A DNA stretch of 64,000 nt from Mobula hypostoma (GCF_963921235.1 NC_086097.1:116128001-116192000), one strand, 5' to 3'; shown: positions 38,676-52,315, numbered from the stretch's first letter. Made by a program: numbers and translations. Notes: generated by a model from the sequence alone, not told the origin.

Positions 38676-38864
38676 ATACTCATTTCTTCAGATCACAATC
38701 TAAATATAGGTGAACCCTGTGCCACAAGGAGATTGTGTTCTTAGAAAAAGGTTCAAATCATGACCTTCCATAATGCAAAGTCATGTCATCCAGACTTTTT
38801 GATATTGATTTGTGAATTGCATAAAAGCCTACTCTGTTACCCGAATTGCTTGCCCTCCATCCCC

Positions 38865-38995
38865 TCGCAACACTTATTTTATTCTGGCATCTTCCCCCTT
38901 CCTTTCCAGTCCGCAGCCTGAAACATTGACTGTTTATGTATTTCCATAGACGCTGCCTGAGCAGCTGAGTTCCTCCAGCATTTCGTATGTGTTGT
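38865..38995 (+). mobile_element. Penelope-like terminus, hammerhead core deleted
   Basis: cttcctttccagtc..gaaacattgactg..gctgagttcctccagcatt. Confidence 0.7.
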
Positions 38996-39119
38996 CACAT
39001 GTGCAAAGATCTTGCTTTGAGTACTGTTCATATAGATCAAATCATTACACGTTGCATCGAGGTGGAACAAAGTAAATTAATAACAATGCAGAATAACATG
39101 TAACAGCTACAGAGAAAGA

Positions 39120-40144
39120 ATCAGAATGAGATTTAACATCGCCAACGTATGTCATGAAATTTATTGTCCTTGTGGCAGCAGAGCAATGCAATACATAAAA
39201 GAGACAAAAAACATGAATCACAGTAAGTATTTTGAACAGTACAGCACCGGAACAGGCCACTTGGACCATACATATATACGTGTATATAAATATAAAATAG
39301 TTAAGTTAAATAAATAGTACAAAACAGAAATTACAGAAAGTAGTGAGGTAGTGTTCATGGGTTCAATGTCCTTTCAGAATTTGGATGGCCGAGGGTAAGA
39401 AGCTGTTTCTGAATCACGGAGTGTGTGCCTTCAGGCTCCTGTACCTCCTTCTGATTGGTAGCAATGACAGCAGAGGTGATGGAGGTCCTTAATGATAGAT
39501 GCCACTTTTTTGAGGCATCGTTCCTTAAAGCTGTGCTGGATACTATGAAGGTTAGTACCCATGATGGAGCTGACTAAGTTTACATCTCTCTGCAGCTTTC
39601 TCTGGTCCTGCGTGGTAGCCCCCTTACCCCCCCCCCACCCACCACCACGCGGTGGTGCAGCCAGTCAGAATGCTCTCCATGGTACATCTGTAGAAAGTTG
39701 AGAGTGTCTTTGGGGGCATACTTACCAAATCTCCTCAAACTCCTGGTGGAATATATCCTCTGCCTTCTTTGTAGCTGCATCAATATGTTGAGAACAGGAG
39801 GATCCTCAGAGATACTGACACCCAGGAATTTGAAATTGCTCACTCTTTCCACTTCTGATCCCTTGATGACAACGTGTGTGTTCCCTCATCTTCCCCGTTC
39901 TGAAGTCCACAATCAGTTCTTTGGTCTTACTGCAATGGAGTACAAGGTTGTTTTTGCGATACCATTCAACTAGTAGGTATATCTCATTGCTGTACGTTTG
40001 CTCATCACCATCTAAAATTCTGCCAACAATGGCTGTATAGTCAGCAAGTTTATAGATGGCATATGAGCTGTGCCTAACCACACAGTTATGGGTGTAGAGA
40101 GAGAAGAGCAGTGGGCTAAGCACATAGCCCTGAGGTATGTCAGT
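39120..40144 (-). mobile_element. Rex1/Babar fragment
   Basis: LSPLLFSLYTHNC, KTKELIVDFR, ERVSNFKFLGVSISED. Confidence 0.85.
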
Positions 40145-40366
40145 GAAGAAGAAGAAGAAAGCCCTTAACTCCGAGTGGAGTCATTGGGACGACGTCATGA
40201 CGGTATTTTTTTAGCAGGCTTTCTTATTTTTACAAGGCCGAGTTGCTAGCTTGACGCTCAACCCAGCACAGATGGAAAGCATGCAAGGGAGCTGGCTGGA
40301 TTTGAACTCAGGAGCCTTCGCTCCGAAGTCCAGCGCTGATGCCACTACGCCACCAGCCAGCCACCA
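40145..40366 (-). mobile_element. Young tRNA-derived SINE with (TTC)n tail
   Basis: A box TGGCGTAGTGG, B box GAGTTCAAATCC; perfect 13-bp TSD gaggtatgtcagt (40132-40144, 40367-40379). Confidence 0.9.
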
Positions 40367-40769
40367 GAGGTATGTCAGTACTGTGTACAATATCATAGCA
40401 AGGAGGATTATAAGGCCAAGAGTCCATCTTGTTGTACTAAGAGATCATTCAATGGTCTTATAACATTGGGATAGAAACCATCCTTGAGCCTGGTAGTTAG
40501 TGCTTTCAAGTTTTTGTATCTTCTGCCCAATAGAGGATGGAGAAGAGAGAACATCTGGAGCAAGGGGGTGGGGAGAGGGTTGGGATCTTTGATTTACTGA
40601 AGCCAAATGCTTTACTGAGGCAGAGAGAAGTATGGACTATATCCATGGAGAGGAGACTGGTTTCTGTGATGGCTCCACCATGCTTTCCTTTAAGACCTAT
40701 CTGACTTAAGCTATTGAGATGTTGAGCTGGAAGACAGAGGAATGACACAATTGTCAATGCTTGGGCTGC

Positions 40770-41960
40770 AAGATATCCACAAGCTCTATCAATGACTTGG
40801 ATGAGGAGAGCAATTGTAAGCTATCCATGTTTGCTGATGAAATAAAACTAAGTGAGAATATGCCATCGGAGGAAGATGCAGAGAGGCTTCAGGAGAATAA
40901 TGGATGGTTAGTAAATAGGTGAAGATATGGCAAATGAAATATGATGTTGAGAAAAATATGAAGTTATCTACTTTGGTAGATAAATTAGAAAAAGTAAGAG
41001 ATCAAAAGTGTTGGTACTAGGAAGGATTGAATATCCTTGCATGTGAATCACTGGAAGTTGACAAACAAATGGAACAACATGTTTCTAATGTAACAGGACA
41101 CCAAAAATAAAGGAGTTACAGGGTGCTGGTGAGACTCCGCCCAGAATATTGTGGACAGCTGATAGCTTTCCTATCAAAGAATTGTTCATAGTTCTGGTCA
41201 TCTCATTACAGGAAGGATATGGAAACTGCCAGGATGCTACCAAGACTACAAAGCATTTCTTAGGCTGAACGAGCAAGGACTTTTCTATGTGGAGCAATGG
41301 AAGATGAGAGGTGACTTGCTAGAGGTCTAAAAGATGACAAGAAATATAGATGGAGTGGACAGGCAGAGACTTTTTCCAAAGGCTGAGATGGATAAGACAA
41401 GGGGAGATAAATTAAAGAGTCTGGAGGAAATTATCAGGGGGATGGCAAAATTAAGTTCTTTACACTGTGAGTGTTAGGTGCATGGAATGCCCTGCCAGAG
41501 GCGGTGCTAGAGGAAGATGCTTTAAGGGCATTTAAGAAACTGTGGCATCGTTGCATAGTGGTTAGCACAATGCATTACAGTACCAGCAACCTGGGTTCAA
41601 TTCTTGCTGCTGCCCGTAAGGAGATTGTATGTTCTCCCCATGGCCACAAGGGTTCCCTCTGGGTGCTCCTCCTTTCTCCCACAGTCCAAAGATATACTGG
41701 TTGGTAGGTTGATTGGTCATTGTCAATTGTCCCATGATGAAGCAAGGAGTAAATTGGGGGATTGCTGGGCACCATGGTTTGAAGGGGCAGAAGGGTTTGT
41801 TCCATGCTGTATCTCAATAAAAACTCTTAAGCAGACACAGGAATGATAGAAAAATGCAAAGTTATGCAGGAGGGAAGGGTTAGACTGATTTTAGGGTAGG
41901 TGTAAAGGTCAACACAACATCATGGGCTGAAGTGCCTGACTGTGATGCAATATTCTATAT
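40770..41960 (+). mobile_element. Old CR1 fragments
   Basis: atcaatgacttggatgagg..tttgctgatga, LGAWNALPEAVLE; CR1 3'UTR at ~41900-41960. Confidence 0.7.
41543..41820 (+). mobile_element. tRNA-derived V-SINE/HE1-like SINE nested in CR1
   Basis: gcatagtggttagcac..ctgggttcaattc; core gggtgctcctcctttctcccacagtccaaaga. Confidence 0.8.
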
Positions 41961-42839
41961 TCAAAGAAAGATATATTTTTGATGGAGTGATTCCAGCAAA
42001 GGTTCTCTCAGTTAATTCTTGGAAATTAGGCTCATCCTGTGAAGAGAGATTAAGTGGAATCAACGGATGCTCTGTAAAGTTAAGCAGAATAAGAGATATC
42101 CATCTGGCAGGGCTTGAAGGAATAGATGAAGGGATATTGCTTCCCCTAAATGGAATGCCTAGGAACAGGAATCACAGACAAGGGTGAGACGAGACTTTCT
42201 TCACCTAGAAGGTAATGATCCTTTGGAGTTCTCCATCCTAAATCAGATGTAATACTACTGAATGCACAACTGGAGAGGGGGGAATATACAATTCACGTTT
42301 CATTAAGTACCTCTGTTTATTGACTTTATGACTGGCTATCTTCCAATATCTCAGAGAGAGAATGACTGCAATACAAATGGGTGGGGATAATTCCAAACAG
42401 ATACATATTGGTTGAATTTCATTTAAGTGATATAAATTTTGGATGACAATAATCCTATAATATAAATAACACGGTGAGAAATAAATCCAATAAATTTTAA
42501 AATAAAGTTAGACTGTCAAACTATGAGCACACAAAACAAATGATATCTAGAAAGAAAGCAGGAACAGAATATATAACAAAGTATATTGCTTGTAGAGAAA
42601 AAATTGAAGAATGTAACCACAAATATGAATGACTGGTCTTCGAACATCTGCATATTATTGGTTCATCCTGCTATTTAGTCTCTGCTCATTTGAATAATTC
42701 CAGCCTTGTTGTAATATCTAATTAGGAAACCTATATTATTTTGCCTATTTTGTTCTGACCTTCAATGGTTCAGTGATGTAATTTATTATGCTGTAATCCA
42801 GCTGAATGAAGTTACTTTTGCTCAGCTATTCTATTGCTA

Positions 42840-44850
42840 GAGCTGTTGGTGGGAGGGGGGAGTATAAACTGTATGGCAGGGGGTGAGAACCAGAATGGTA
42901 GGGTAGAAGATGGAGCAGTTGGTGTACAGGCAAATGTAGCATGTAGAGAGACTGTGAGCAAGGATAGATAGTGGATAGGGCATGATAACAGTCTAGTAGA
43001 TGGGTGGGAATGTGTTTATTTCAATGCAAGAAGATCAGGAAGAAGAGTGATGAACTTAGAACATGGAACTGTGATGTTGTGGCCATTACAGAGACTTAGC
43101 TGTCACATGGTTGCTGCATGTTCCAGAGTTTAGATGCTTCAAAAGGGACGGGGAGGGAGGTAAAAGAGGTGGGTGAGTGGCACTGCTTATTAGGGACAGT
43201 GTCACAACTTCAGAAAGGGAGGATATCATGGAAGGAGTGTCTACTGATTCAGTGTGGGTGGAAGTCAGAATTAGAAAGAGAGCAATCAGTCTTTAGACTG
43301 TCCAATAGCAACAGAGATTCAAAGGAACAGATCAGAGGGCAGATTTTGGAAAGATTTTAAAATAACAGGTTTATTGTCATGGGGGGACTTTAACTTCTGT
43401 AATAATAATTGGCATCTCCTTAGTGCAAAAGGTTAAGATAGGGCAGAATTTGTGAGATATATCCAGCAAGGGTTCCTGACACAATATGTGTCTAGTAGAG
43501 GAGAGGCCCTTCTGAATCTGGTACTAAGCAATGAACCTGATCAGGTGACAGATCTCTCCATGGGTGAACATTCAGGAGACAGTGATGACAATCCCTGACT
43601 CTTACCATAGTCTTGGACAGGGATAGAAGCAGATGGTATGGGATAGTATTTGCTCCTATCCCTTCAAATCCCATAGATTTGTCCCATTAAGGTAGGGAAA
43701 GTATGATAAGATGAAGGAACTATGGTTGACAAGAGATGGAAAACATCCAATTAAGAGGAAGAAAGACACACACATAAGATTTTGGAAGAAAGGATCAGAC
43801 ATAGCTCCAGAAAGTGATAAGGCAGCCAGGAAGGAACTGAAGAATGGACTTAGGAGAGCTAGAACGAGACACAAGAAGGCATTGGTGAGTCGGTTCAAGG
43901 AAAATCCCAAAGCATTCCACAGATATGTGAAGAACCGAATGATAACTAGATCAGGGTAGGACTAATCAGAAATAAATGAGGAAACATGTACTCAGAGTAG
44001 TAGGAGGTAGGGGAGGTCCTTAATGAATACTTTGTTTCATTACTCACCAGTGAGAGGAACTTTGATGAACATGAGGATAGGCTGATGAACATGTCGACAT
44101 TAAAAAAGAGAATGGCTGGAACTTTTTTACAAACACTAAGAGGTATAAGATTCCATTTCTGGATGGGATATACCCTAGGTTACTATGAGAAGTGATGGAA
44201 GAGATTGCTGTGTCTTTGGTGAAGATCTTTGCATCTGCACTGGCCACAGGGGCAGTTCCTGAAGACTGGAGGTTGGCAAATGTTATTCCTTTGTTTAATA
44301 AAGTCAATAGGGATAATTTATGGAATTACAGAACAGGAAGTCTTATGTCAGTGTGAAGTAATACACTTTGAAATCTCATATTTGAAGGCAGAGTACGGGG
44401 CCAATGGCAGGATTCTTAGTAATATAGCATAACAGAAGGATCTTGGGGTCCACATATCTAGACCCCTCAAAGTTGTCATCCAAGTTGATAGGGTGGTTAA
44501 GAAGGTGTATGGTGTTTTGGCCTTTTATTAGTCGGGAATTGAGTTCAAGAGCCACAACATAAAGATACAGCTCTTAAAAAATCTCTGGTAAGACCGTATT
44601 TGGAGTATTGTGTTGCGTTATGGTTGTCTCATTATAGGAAGAATGTGGAAGCTTTAGAGAGGGTGCACAGGAGTGCAGGAGGATGAGAATTGGCTTGATA
44701 AAGGTAAATAAGATGATAAGAGGCATAAATAGAATGGACAGCCAGCACCTTTTTCCCAGGGCGGAAATGACTAATATGAGGGAGCACAGCTGAAAGTATA
44801 AGGGGGATATCAGGGGTAGGTTTTTTCACAGAGCGATGGTTCAACAGGGT
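42840..44850 (+). mobile_element. CR1 LINE, degenerate, with internal deletions
   Basis: EN start (tttatttcaatgcaagaag..gttgtggccattacagagact), RKELKNGLRRARTRHKKALVSRFKENPKAF; paralogous to 49552-52160. Confidence 0.8.
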
Positions 44851-45649
44851 TAGGGTTCGTGATAGAAGGACATATATTAATATCAAAATATATTCTCAAT
44901 TTTGACTGAAAATATGGATTATTGAGGTACTACTAGTATGGTTATAGGTGCTATGTATAGAATCTCAGGAAAATGGAATACAATTTAATTACTGTGTGGA
45001 TAGTGAAAAACAGATACAATACAACAGAATTTGATGTGTGAGTTCTGTTCTGGTTTCCATAGCATTACAATCTCACTCGTTACTTGCATTCTCAGTGTCA
45101 TCAAACAAATCATGGAGATAGCATTTCAACCACGATGGATAGTGAATAATGTTACATTTATTTATAATACCTTCAGTGCGCATTATAAGGTAGCCTCAAG
45201 GATTTTACAGTAACCATACTCCTGATAATCCTGCAATTAATATTTTTCTCTATGCTAAAACATATCTCCTTAAATTGAGTCGTATATATGCTATGCTTGT
45301 GAATAATTCCAATGGCTGAGCTCATTAACGTGCTTCAACAATTAGCTCACAATTTCACAATTGGCAAAGCAATTGCAGGTCCCATTTTGTTTTCATTTAG
45401 GAAGATTTATTGCTACTCCTATGAACACAAATCTCAGAGTGTTTAGCCGTGAAATCTACAGTGTCAACTAAAAGGCATTGATTTGCAATGTGACCTTCCT
45501 GTGATCTCTGAAAACCAAACCACAACTGGAAATCAGTCATTGAATTAAACTGATGCTGAAAGCATTTCTGCATATTATATGCTTTGTTGCAGAATATCTT
45601 CTATCAGTCTGTATCCCTTTCTACAAATGTAACCAATGCTGTCTGTAAG

Positions 45650-45840
45650 AAACTCAGATGTCCTTTCCATGAGTGTGAGGACTTATTCCAGGTAACCACC
45701 CACCCCCCAGTACAAAGGTGTTCTAGTTAGTCGGTTAATAGGTCATTGTAAAATGTCCTGGATTAGATTGGATTAAATAGGTTGCCGTGTGCTATGGCTC
45801 ATTGGGTCAGAAGGGCCTGTTTCTCTAAACAAAATAAATA
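45650..45840 (+). mobile_element. V-SINE 3' fragment
   Basis: gttagtcggttaataggtcattgtaaaatgtcctggattag..gaagggcctgtttc, like 41700-41815. Confidence 0.6.
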
Positions 45841-46078
45841 GAAAAACATTTCTTGGATGTGGACTCACGTTCAAGAACTCTACAATTCATGTTTGCTGTA
45901 TTTATTTATTTCTTCATTCATTCATTCTTTCTTTCTGTATTTGTACAGTTTGTCTTTTTTTGTTCATTGGTTGGTTGTCAGTCTTTGTGTGCAGCTTTTT
46001 ATTCATTCTTTATTCTTATTCATTCATTATTTCTTTATTCCACTGTGAATGCCTGCAAGAAAGTGCATTGCAGGGTAG

Positions 46079-47408
46079 TGTCATGGTCCGGTCCGTGAAG
46101 CCTGTATTCCGGTTCACGGTCCGGTCCATCGACCCTTGCTCCAGGTTTTCCTGTCTACCCCGTTTCTGTTCTTGTTGAGCTCTAATTGAGTCAGCTGATG
46201 CTCGTTGGGGCTGGCTGCATAAATACCTTCAGAGACCAGGGCACGGTGGTTGGATTGTTCTTGTCCTTACTCCTTGCATCCCTTCCTTGCCTTCTGTATC
46301 CACTCCTGCAGCCTTGCCGGTAACTTTCACCTCACCTGAAGTTCTTGTCTCGCCTTGCATTGCCTGAAGCCTTGCCTTGTCTTGCTGGTAACTCTCGCCT
46401 CGTCTCGCCTGCAGTCTTGGCCTGGAGCCACCCTGTACCTAGCTCCCTTCCTGCCCCTTGCCTCTGCCCAGGTAAGCCAAGCCGTTTTGCCGTTATCTAC
46501 GGTTGCTTCTGTCCCTTCCAGTCCCTTGCTTCCATCGGGTAAGCGAGGCCGTCTCGCCGTTACCTGCGGTTGGTTCTGTCCCGTCCTGTCCCATGCCTCC
46601 GTCGGGTGGTGATCCGCGCCCTTCCCAGGAGAACTGGACCTGCCCCAGGATGAGCCTGCCTAGTCTTTAGCCTGAAGACTCCAGCCTCCTGCCCAGCCTC
46701 TAGCCTGAAGACTCCAGCCTCCTGCCCAGCCTCTAGCCTGAAGACTCCAGCCTCCTGCCTAGCCTCTAGCCTGAAGACTCCAGCCTCCTGCCTAGCCTCT
46801 AGCCTGAAGACTCCAGCCTCCTGCCTAGCCTCTTCCCTGAAGACTCCAGCCTCCTGCCTAGCCTCTAGCCTGAAGACTCCAGCCTCCTGCCAAGCCTCTA
46901 GCCTGAAGACTCCAGCCTCCTGCCTAGCCTCTAGCCTGAAGACTCCAGCCTCCTGCCTAGCCTCTAGCCTGAAGACTCCAGCCTCCTGCCTAGCCTCCAG
47001 CCTGAAGACTCCAGCCTCCTGCCTAGCCTCTAGCCTGAAGACTCCAGCCTCCTGCCTAGCCTCTAGCCTGAAGACTCCAGCCTCCTGCCTAGCCTCTAGC
47101 CTGAAGACTCCAGCCTTCTGCCTAGCCTCTAGCCTGCTAGACTCCAGCCTCATCCTGCCTGCCTGCCAAGCCTCATCCTTGCCTAGTTCTGGGGTCCGAG
47201 CCAGAGGCAAGACCCAGGTACTGGGTCCTTGTGAAGTCTCTGGCTCAGAGTCCAAGCCCGGGCTCCTAGCTCTCTTGTCCAGTCCTGTTCCGGGTTCCTG
47301 GTTTCTGCATCCATGTCCTTGCCCTCAGCCTGTATCTTAGTCCTGTCCAGAGTACTTCAGCATCTGTGTCTTGCACTTGGGTGCATTCCCAGCCACCTCC
47401 ATATGACA
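46079..47408 (+). mobile_element. Solo LTR with expanded internal minisatellite
   Basis: TGTCAT...ATGACA termini; perfect 5-bp TSD GGTAG (46074-46078, 47409-47413); TATA-like cataaata ~46218-46225. Confidence 0.9.
46655..47150. repeat. 33-bp tandem minisatellite, 14 full units
   Basis: Unit agcctgaagactccagcctcctgcctagcctct; reads RLEARQEAGVF x14 on minus strand. Confidence 0.97.
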
Positions 47409-48029
47409 GGTAGTATATGGTACTTCAATTATATATTTACTTTGTACTTTGACCTTTGAACTTCAATGTTTTCATAGCTCTCTTGCAGGAATCCATAAGC
47501 CAACAGGTTAATGGCCTTTGCAGTCTGAATCATTGCCATTAAAAACTCTCCTCTTTCCCATCTCTTCAATTGAACTGAAGCAGACCCAGTGCTTTAGGAA
47601 TCTAACCTCATTGCTAATTCTAAATGAGTGAAAATTACAAGTACACTAACTAGACCAGTAGCTGAAGATATGCTTTTCATTGTGACATTACAACAAAGAT
47701 TCAGTAGATTGATTCTTGGAATAGCATAAAGATATCCTGATACTTGGGATCACTCCTGCTCTTCTCCTAACCAAAGTCTTCTTGTTGAGCTGTAACCCTG
47801 CTGCACTGAACACTATCTGTTTGGTGAAGAGCATTAAGCGATGCAGGGTGATATGCCCAACTGCAGGAGCACAATGTTCTGAAATAGCATACTGTTTGCT
47901 GGTGTAATGCATTCCTTTTGAGTCATAGCAAACATAGAAAATCTACAGCACAATACAGGCCCTTTGGCCCATAAAGCTGTGCCTAACATGTCCCTACAGG
48001 TAAATGGATATTTTATCCATTTAAAGATA

Positions 48030-48273
48030 CAGCATGGTAACAGGGACTTCTAGCCCAATGAGCCTGCACCACCCAATTACACCCATGTGACCAATTTACC
48101 TACCAACCTACACATCTTTGGACTGTGGGAGGAAACCAGAGCACCCGGAGGAAACCCACATGTTCATGAGGAGAGCATACAAATTTCTTACAGATACCAG
48201 TGGGTATTGAACCCCGATTTAACAGCCAGTGCTGTAAAGCATTGTGCTAACTGCTACGCCACTGTGCTGCCCT
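48030..48273 (-). mobile_element. tRNA-derived V-SINE/HE1-like SINE
   Basis: Minus GGGCAGCACAGTGGCGTAGCAGTTAGCAC..GGGGTTCAATACCC. Confidence 0.85.
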
Positions 48274-49551
48274 ATTAATACTATTAGAACACCCATTCCT
48301 ATCCCGACAATTATTCAGTTCTGTCTCTTTTCATAGTTCAAATAAAGTACATTAATGAAAAAACGAACATGTTTGCAACTCTCAGCAGCCCATACGGTAT
48401 TAGTGGCAATATTTCAAACGAAAGATCTCTGATTAGAACTGCTTTTAAGCTGGATTGAAACCAAATTGAAAGTCTTGAAGGGAAAGAAATAGAAATGGAA
48501 AAGGTCTCTGCAATCACAGAAGGCAGAACTGACAAAATGAGAAAAGAGTAATTAAGGAGAAAGGGGCGTGGAGAAAACAAACTTTTGAATCTGTATTTTA
48601 AATATAAATGATTTTAGCCTGTCCAAGAGGAAGTAATGAATTAAAACTCAATGAAAAGTGAACGGCTGTAGAAGCTGCAATTTTAAATTGCAAGACAGCA
48701 TTTCAGAAAAATCATTAAAATACACCTTTACTCTGTACATATACTACAAGTCTATCGAAAAATTTGCAGCAGGTTCTGGTAAAAGATCCAAAGGCTTTTT
48801 ATATCAATGATTGTCGTGGCTATTAACTTTCCAGAAACTGAGAGGCTAATTAATAATTTCAGCCTTCTAACACAGCAGCATGACCCTTCCACAGGGTCAA
48901 AGTTGTTAGAGACAAAGTTAAACATCTAACCAATATTCCTCACTCTGCTTCTTGTTGTAAACCGGTAAACAGCATAGTCTTGTAGACCGTTGTTTAATCA
49001 ATGTAAATCAATGAAGTTTTGTTAATTGGATTGCATCAAACCAGCCAAAACTGGCTAAGATATTTCCAACGTTGTGACTGAATTCCAGGAAGCTTGCAGA
49101 CCAGACTGATATTTTCAATGAGCACATCAAACATGGTCACAGGTATAATTGGTCAATCAATAGTTGGGATATATGTGTACTTAGAGAGTCAACTATTATG
49201 TTTTGTAACTCCAGAAACTAAACAAACAAAAAAGATGAGAGTCGGGGGTGACATCTACTACATTTTACTTTGGTGAGCTACGCACATATGACATGGTGGT
49301 GAAATGATGTATGCCATTCATGCACTTCTTACATTTAACCTGTAATGAACTATGTAAATAAAAATGAATGCTTAGTCAAAAATAATGTATTTACAAACAT
49401 GAGAACATCTGCTGGAACAGCCACCGTTTCGGGCTGAATTGAAATAGGTGGCTACCAAGAGATCCCACTTTTACATGCCATCCTGTTGGAGGTTACCCCA
49501 CCACAACCCCCACCCATGGTGTACCCTCCTGTATTTCTGTGAGACCCAAAG

Positions 49552-52160
49552 TAGAACATAGAACATAGAACATAGAATAGTACAGCACAGTACAGGCCCT
49601 TCGGCCCACAGTGTTGTGCCGACCCTCAAACCCTGCCTGCCATATAACCCCCCACCTTAAATTCCTCCATATACCTGTCTAGTAGTCTCTTAAACTTCAC
49701 TAGTGTATCTGCCCCCACCACTGACTCAGACAGTGTATTCCACGCACCAACTACTCTCAGAGTAAAAAAACCTTCATCTAATATCCCTCTTGAACTTCCC
49801 ACCCCTTACCTTAAAGCCATGTCCTCTTGTATTGAGCAGTGGTGCCCTGGGGAAGAGGTGCTGGCTGTCCACTCTATCTATTCCTCTTATTATCTCGTAC
49901 ACCTCTATCATGTCTCCTCTCATCCTCCTTCTCTCCAAAGAGTAAAGCCCTAGCTCCCTTAATCTCTGATCCTAATGCATACGCTCTAAACTAGGCAGTG
50001 TCCTGGTAAATCTCCTCTGTAACATTTCCAATGCTTCCACACCCTTGCTATAGTGAGGCGACCAGAACTGGACACAGTACTCCAAGCGTGGCCTAACCAG
50101 AGTTTTATAGAGCTGCATCATTACGTAGCGACTCTTAAACTCTATCCCTCGACTTATGAAAGCTAACACCCTATAAGCTTTCTTAACTACCCTATCTAGC
50201 TGTGAAGCAACTTTCAGGGATCTGTAGACATGTACCCCGAGATCCCTCTGCTCCTCCACACTACCAAGTATCCTATCATTTACTTTGTACCCTGCCTTGG
50301 AGTTTGTCCTTCCAAAGTGTACCACCTCACACTTCTCTGGGTTGAACTTCATCTGCCACTACTCAGCCCACTTCTGCATCCTATCAATGTCTCTTTGCAA
50401 CTTTTGACAATCCTCTACACTATCTACAACACCACCAACCTTTGTGTCATCTGCAAACTTCCCAACCGACCCTTCTACCCCCACATCCAGGTCATTAATA
50501 AAAGTCACGAAAAGTAGAGGTCCCAGAACAGATCCTTGTGGGACACCACTAGACACAATCCTCTAATCTGAATGTACTCCCTCCACCATGACCCTCTGCT
50601 TTCTGCAGGCAAGCCAATTCTGAATCCACCTGGCCAAACTTCCCTGGATCCCATGCCTTCTGACTTTCTGAATAAGCCTACCGTGTGTAACCTTGTCAAA
50701 TGCCTTACTAAAATCCATATAGATCACATCCGCTACACTACCCTCATCTATATGCCTGGTCACCTCCTCAAAGAACTCTATCAGGCTTGTTAGACACGAT
50801 CTGCCCTTCACAAAGCCATGCTGACTGTCCCTGATCAGACCATGATTCCATAAATGCCCATAGATCCTATCTCTAAGAATCTTTTCCAACAGCTTTCCCA
50901 CCACAGACATAAGGCTCACTGGTCTATAATTACCCGGACTATCCCTACTACCTTTTCTGAACAAGGGGACAACATTTGCCGCCCTCCAATCCTCCATAAA
51001 GATCCTAGCCAGAGGCTCAGCAATCTCTTCCCTCGCCTCATGGAGCAGCCTGGGGAATATTCCGTCAGGCCCTGTGGACTTATCCATCCTAATGTATTTT
51101 AACAACTCCAACACCTCCTCTCCCTTAATATCAACATGCTCCAGAACATCAACCTCACTCATATTGTCCTCACCATCATCAAGTTCCCTCTCATTGATGA
51201 ATACTGAAGAGAAGTATTCATTGAGGACCTCGCTCACTTCCACAGCCTCCAGGCACATCTTCCCACCTTTATCTCTAATCGGTCCTACCTTCACTGCTGT
51301 CATCCTTTTCTTCTTCACATAATTGAAGAATGCCTTGGGGTTTTCCTTTACCCTACTCACCAAGGACTTCTCATGCCCCCTTCTTGCTCTTCTCAGCCCC
51401 TTCTTAAGCTCTTTTCTTGCTTCCCTATATTCCTCAATAGACCCATCTGATCCTTGCTTCCTAAACCTCTTGTCTGCTGCCTTCTTCCACCTGACTAGAT
51501 ATTCCACCTCACTTGTCACCCATGATTCCTTCACCCTACCATTCTTTATCTTCCTCACTGGGACAAATTTATCCCTAACCTCCTGCAAGAGATCTCTAAA
51601 CATTGACCACATGTCCATAGTACATTTCCCTGCAAAAACATCATTCCGATTCACATCTGCAAGTTCTAGCCTTACAGGCTCATAATTTGCCCTTCCCCAA
51701 TTAAAAATTTTCCTGTCCTCTCTGATTCTATCCTTTTCCATGATAATGCTAAAGGCCAGGGAGCGGTGGTCACTGTCCCCAGATGCTCACCCACTGAGAG
51801 ATCTGTGACCTGACCCGGTTCATTACCTAGTACTAGATCTAGTATGGAAATCCCCCTAGTTGTCCTGTCCACATACTGTGACAGGAATCCATCCTGGACA
51901 CACTTAACAAACTCTGCCCCATCTAAACCCTTGAAACTAATCAGGTGCCAATCAATATTAGGGAAGTTAAAGTCACCCATGATAACAACCCTGTTATTTT
52001 TGCACCTTTCCAAAATCTGCCTCATGATCTTCTCCGCTGTATCTCTGCTGCTACCAGGGGGCCCTAGAATACTCCCAATAGAGTAACTGCTCCCTTCCTG
52101 TTCCTGACTTCCACCCATTCCTACTCAAAAGAGGATCCTGCTATATTACCCACCCTTTCT
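49552..52160 (-). mobile_element. CR1 LINE, 5'-truncated
   Basis: MGDFNFPNIDW, YMDFSKAFDKVTH, GVPQGSVLGP, KFADDTK; (TTCTATG)n tail 49552-49580. Confidence 0.95.
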
Positions 52161-52279
52161 GGGACTGGGAGACTGGGAGACTGGGAGACTGCTTTGCTGA
52201 GCACCTAAGCCCCATTCGCCAGAAAGAGTAGGATCTCCCAGTAGCCACCCTTCTTCCTGTGACTTCTCATGTCTTTTTC

Positions 52280-52315
52280 CAGTCAATGAAGGGTCTTGGC
52301 CCAAAATGTCGACTG
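52280..52315 (+). ncRNA. Degenerate hammerhead motif (stems intact, core mutated)
   Basis: cagtc-aatga-agggtcttggccc-aaaa-tGTC-gactg: perfect stem I, stem II gggt/gccc. Confidence 0.5.

Noticed and set aside
40300..40366. tRNA genes at SINE heads (also 41543, 48273, 60277)
   Set aside because: A/B boxes continue into SINE cores and tails, some with TSDs; no complete cloverleaf.
46655..47150. CRISPR-like array of ~33-bp repeats
   Set aside because: Units are head-to-tail with no unique spacers, lie inside a eukaryotic solo LTR, and no cas genes are present.
48390..48560. Minus-strand exon candidate that could chain with 59531-59703 and ~20323-20470
   Set aside because: Weak donor, hydrophobic low-information peptide from a pyrimidine-rich strand; the chaining is cherry-picked.
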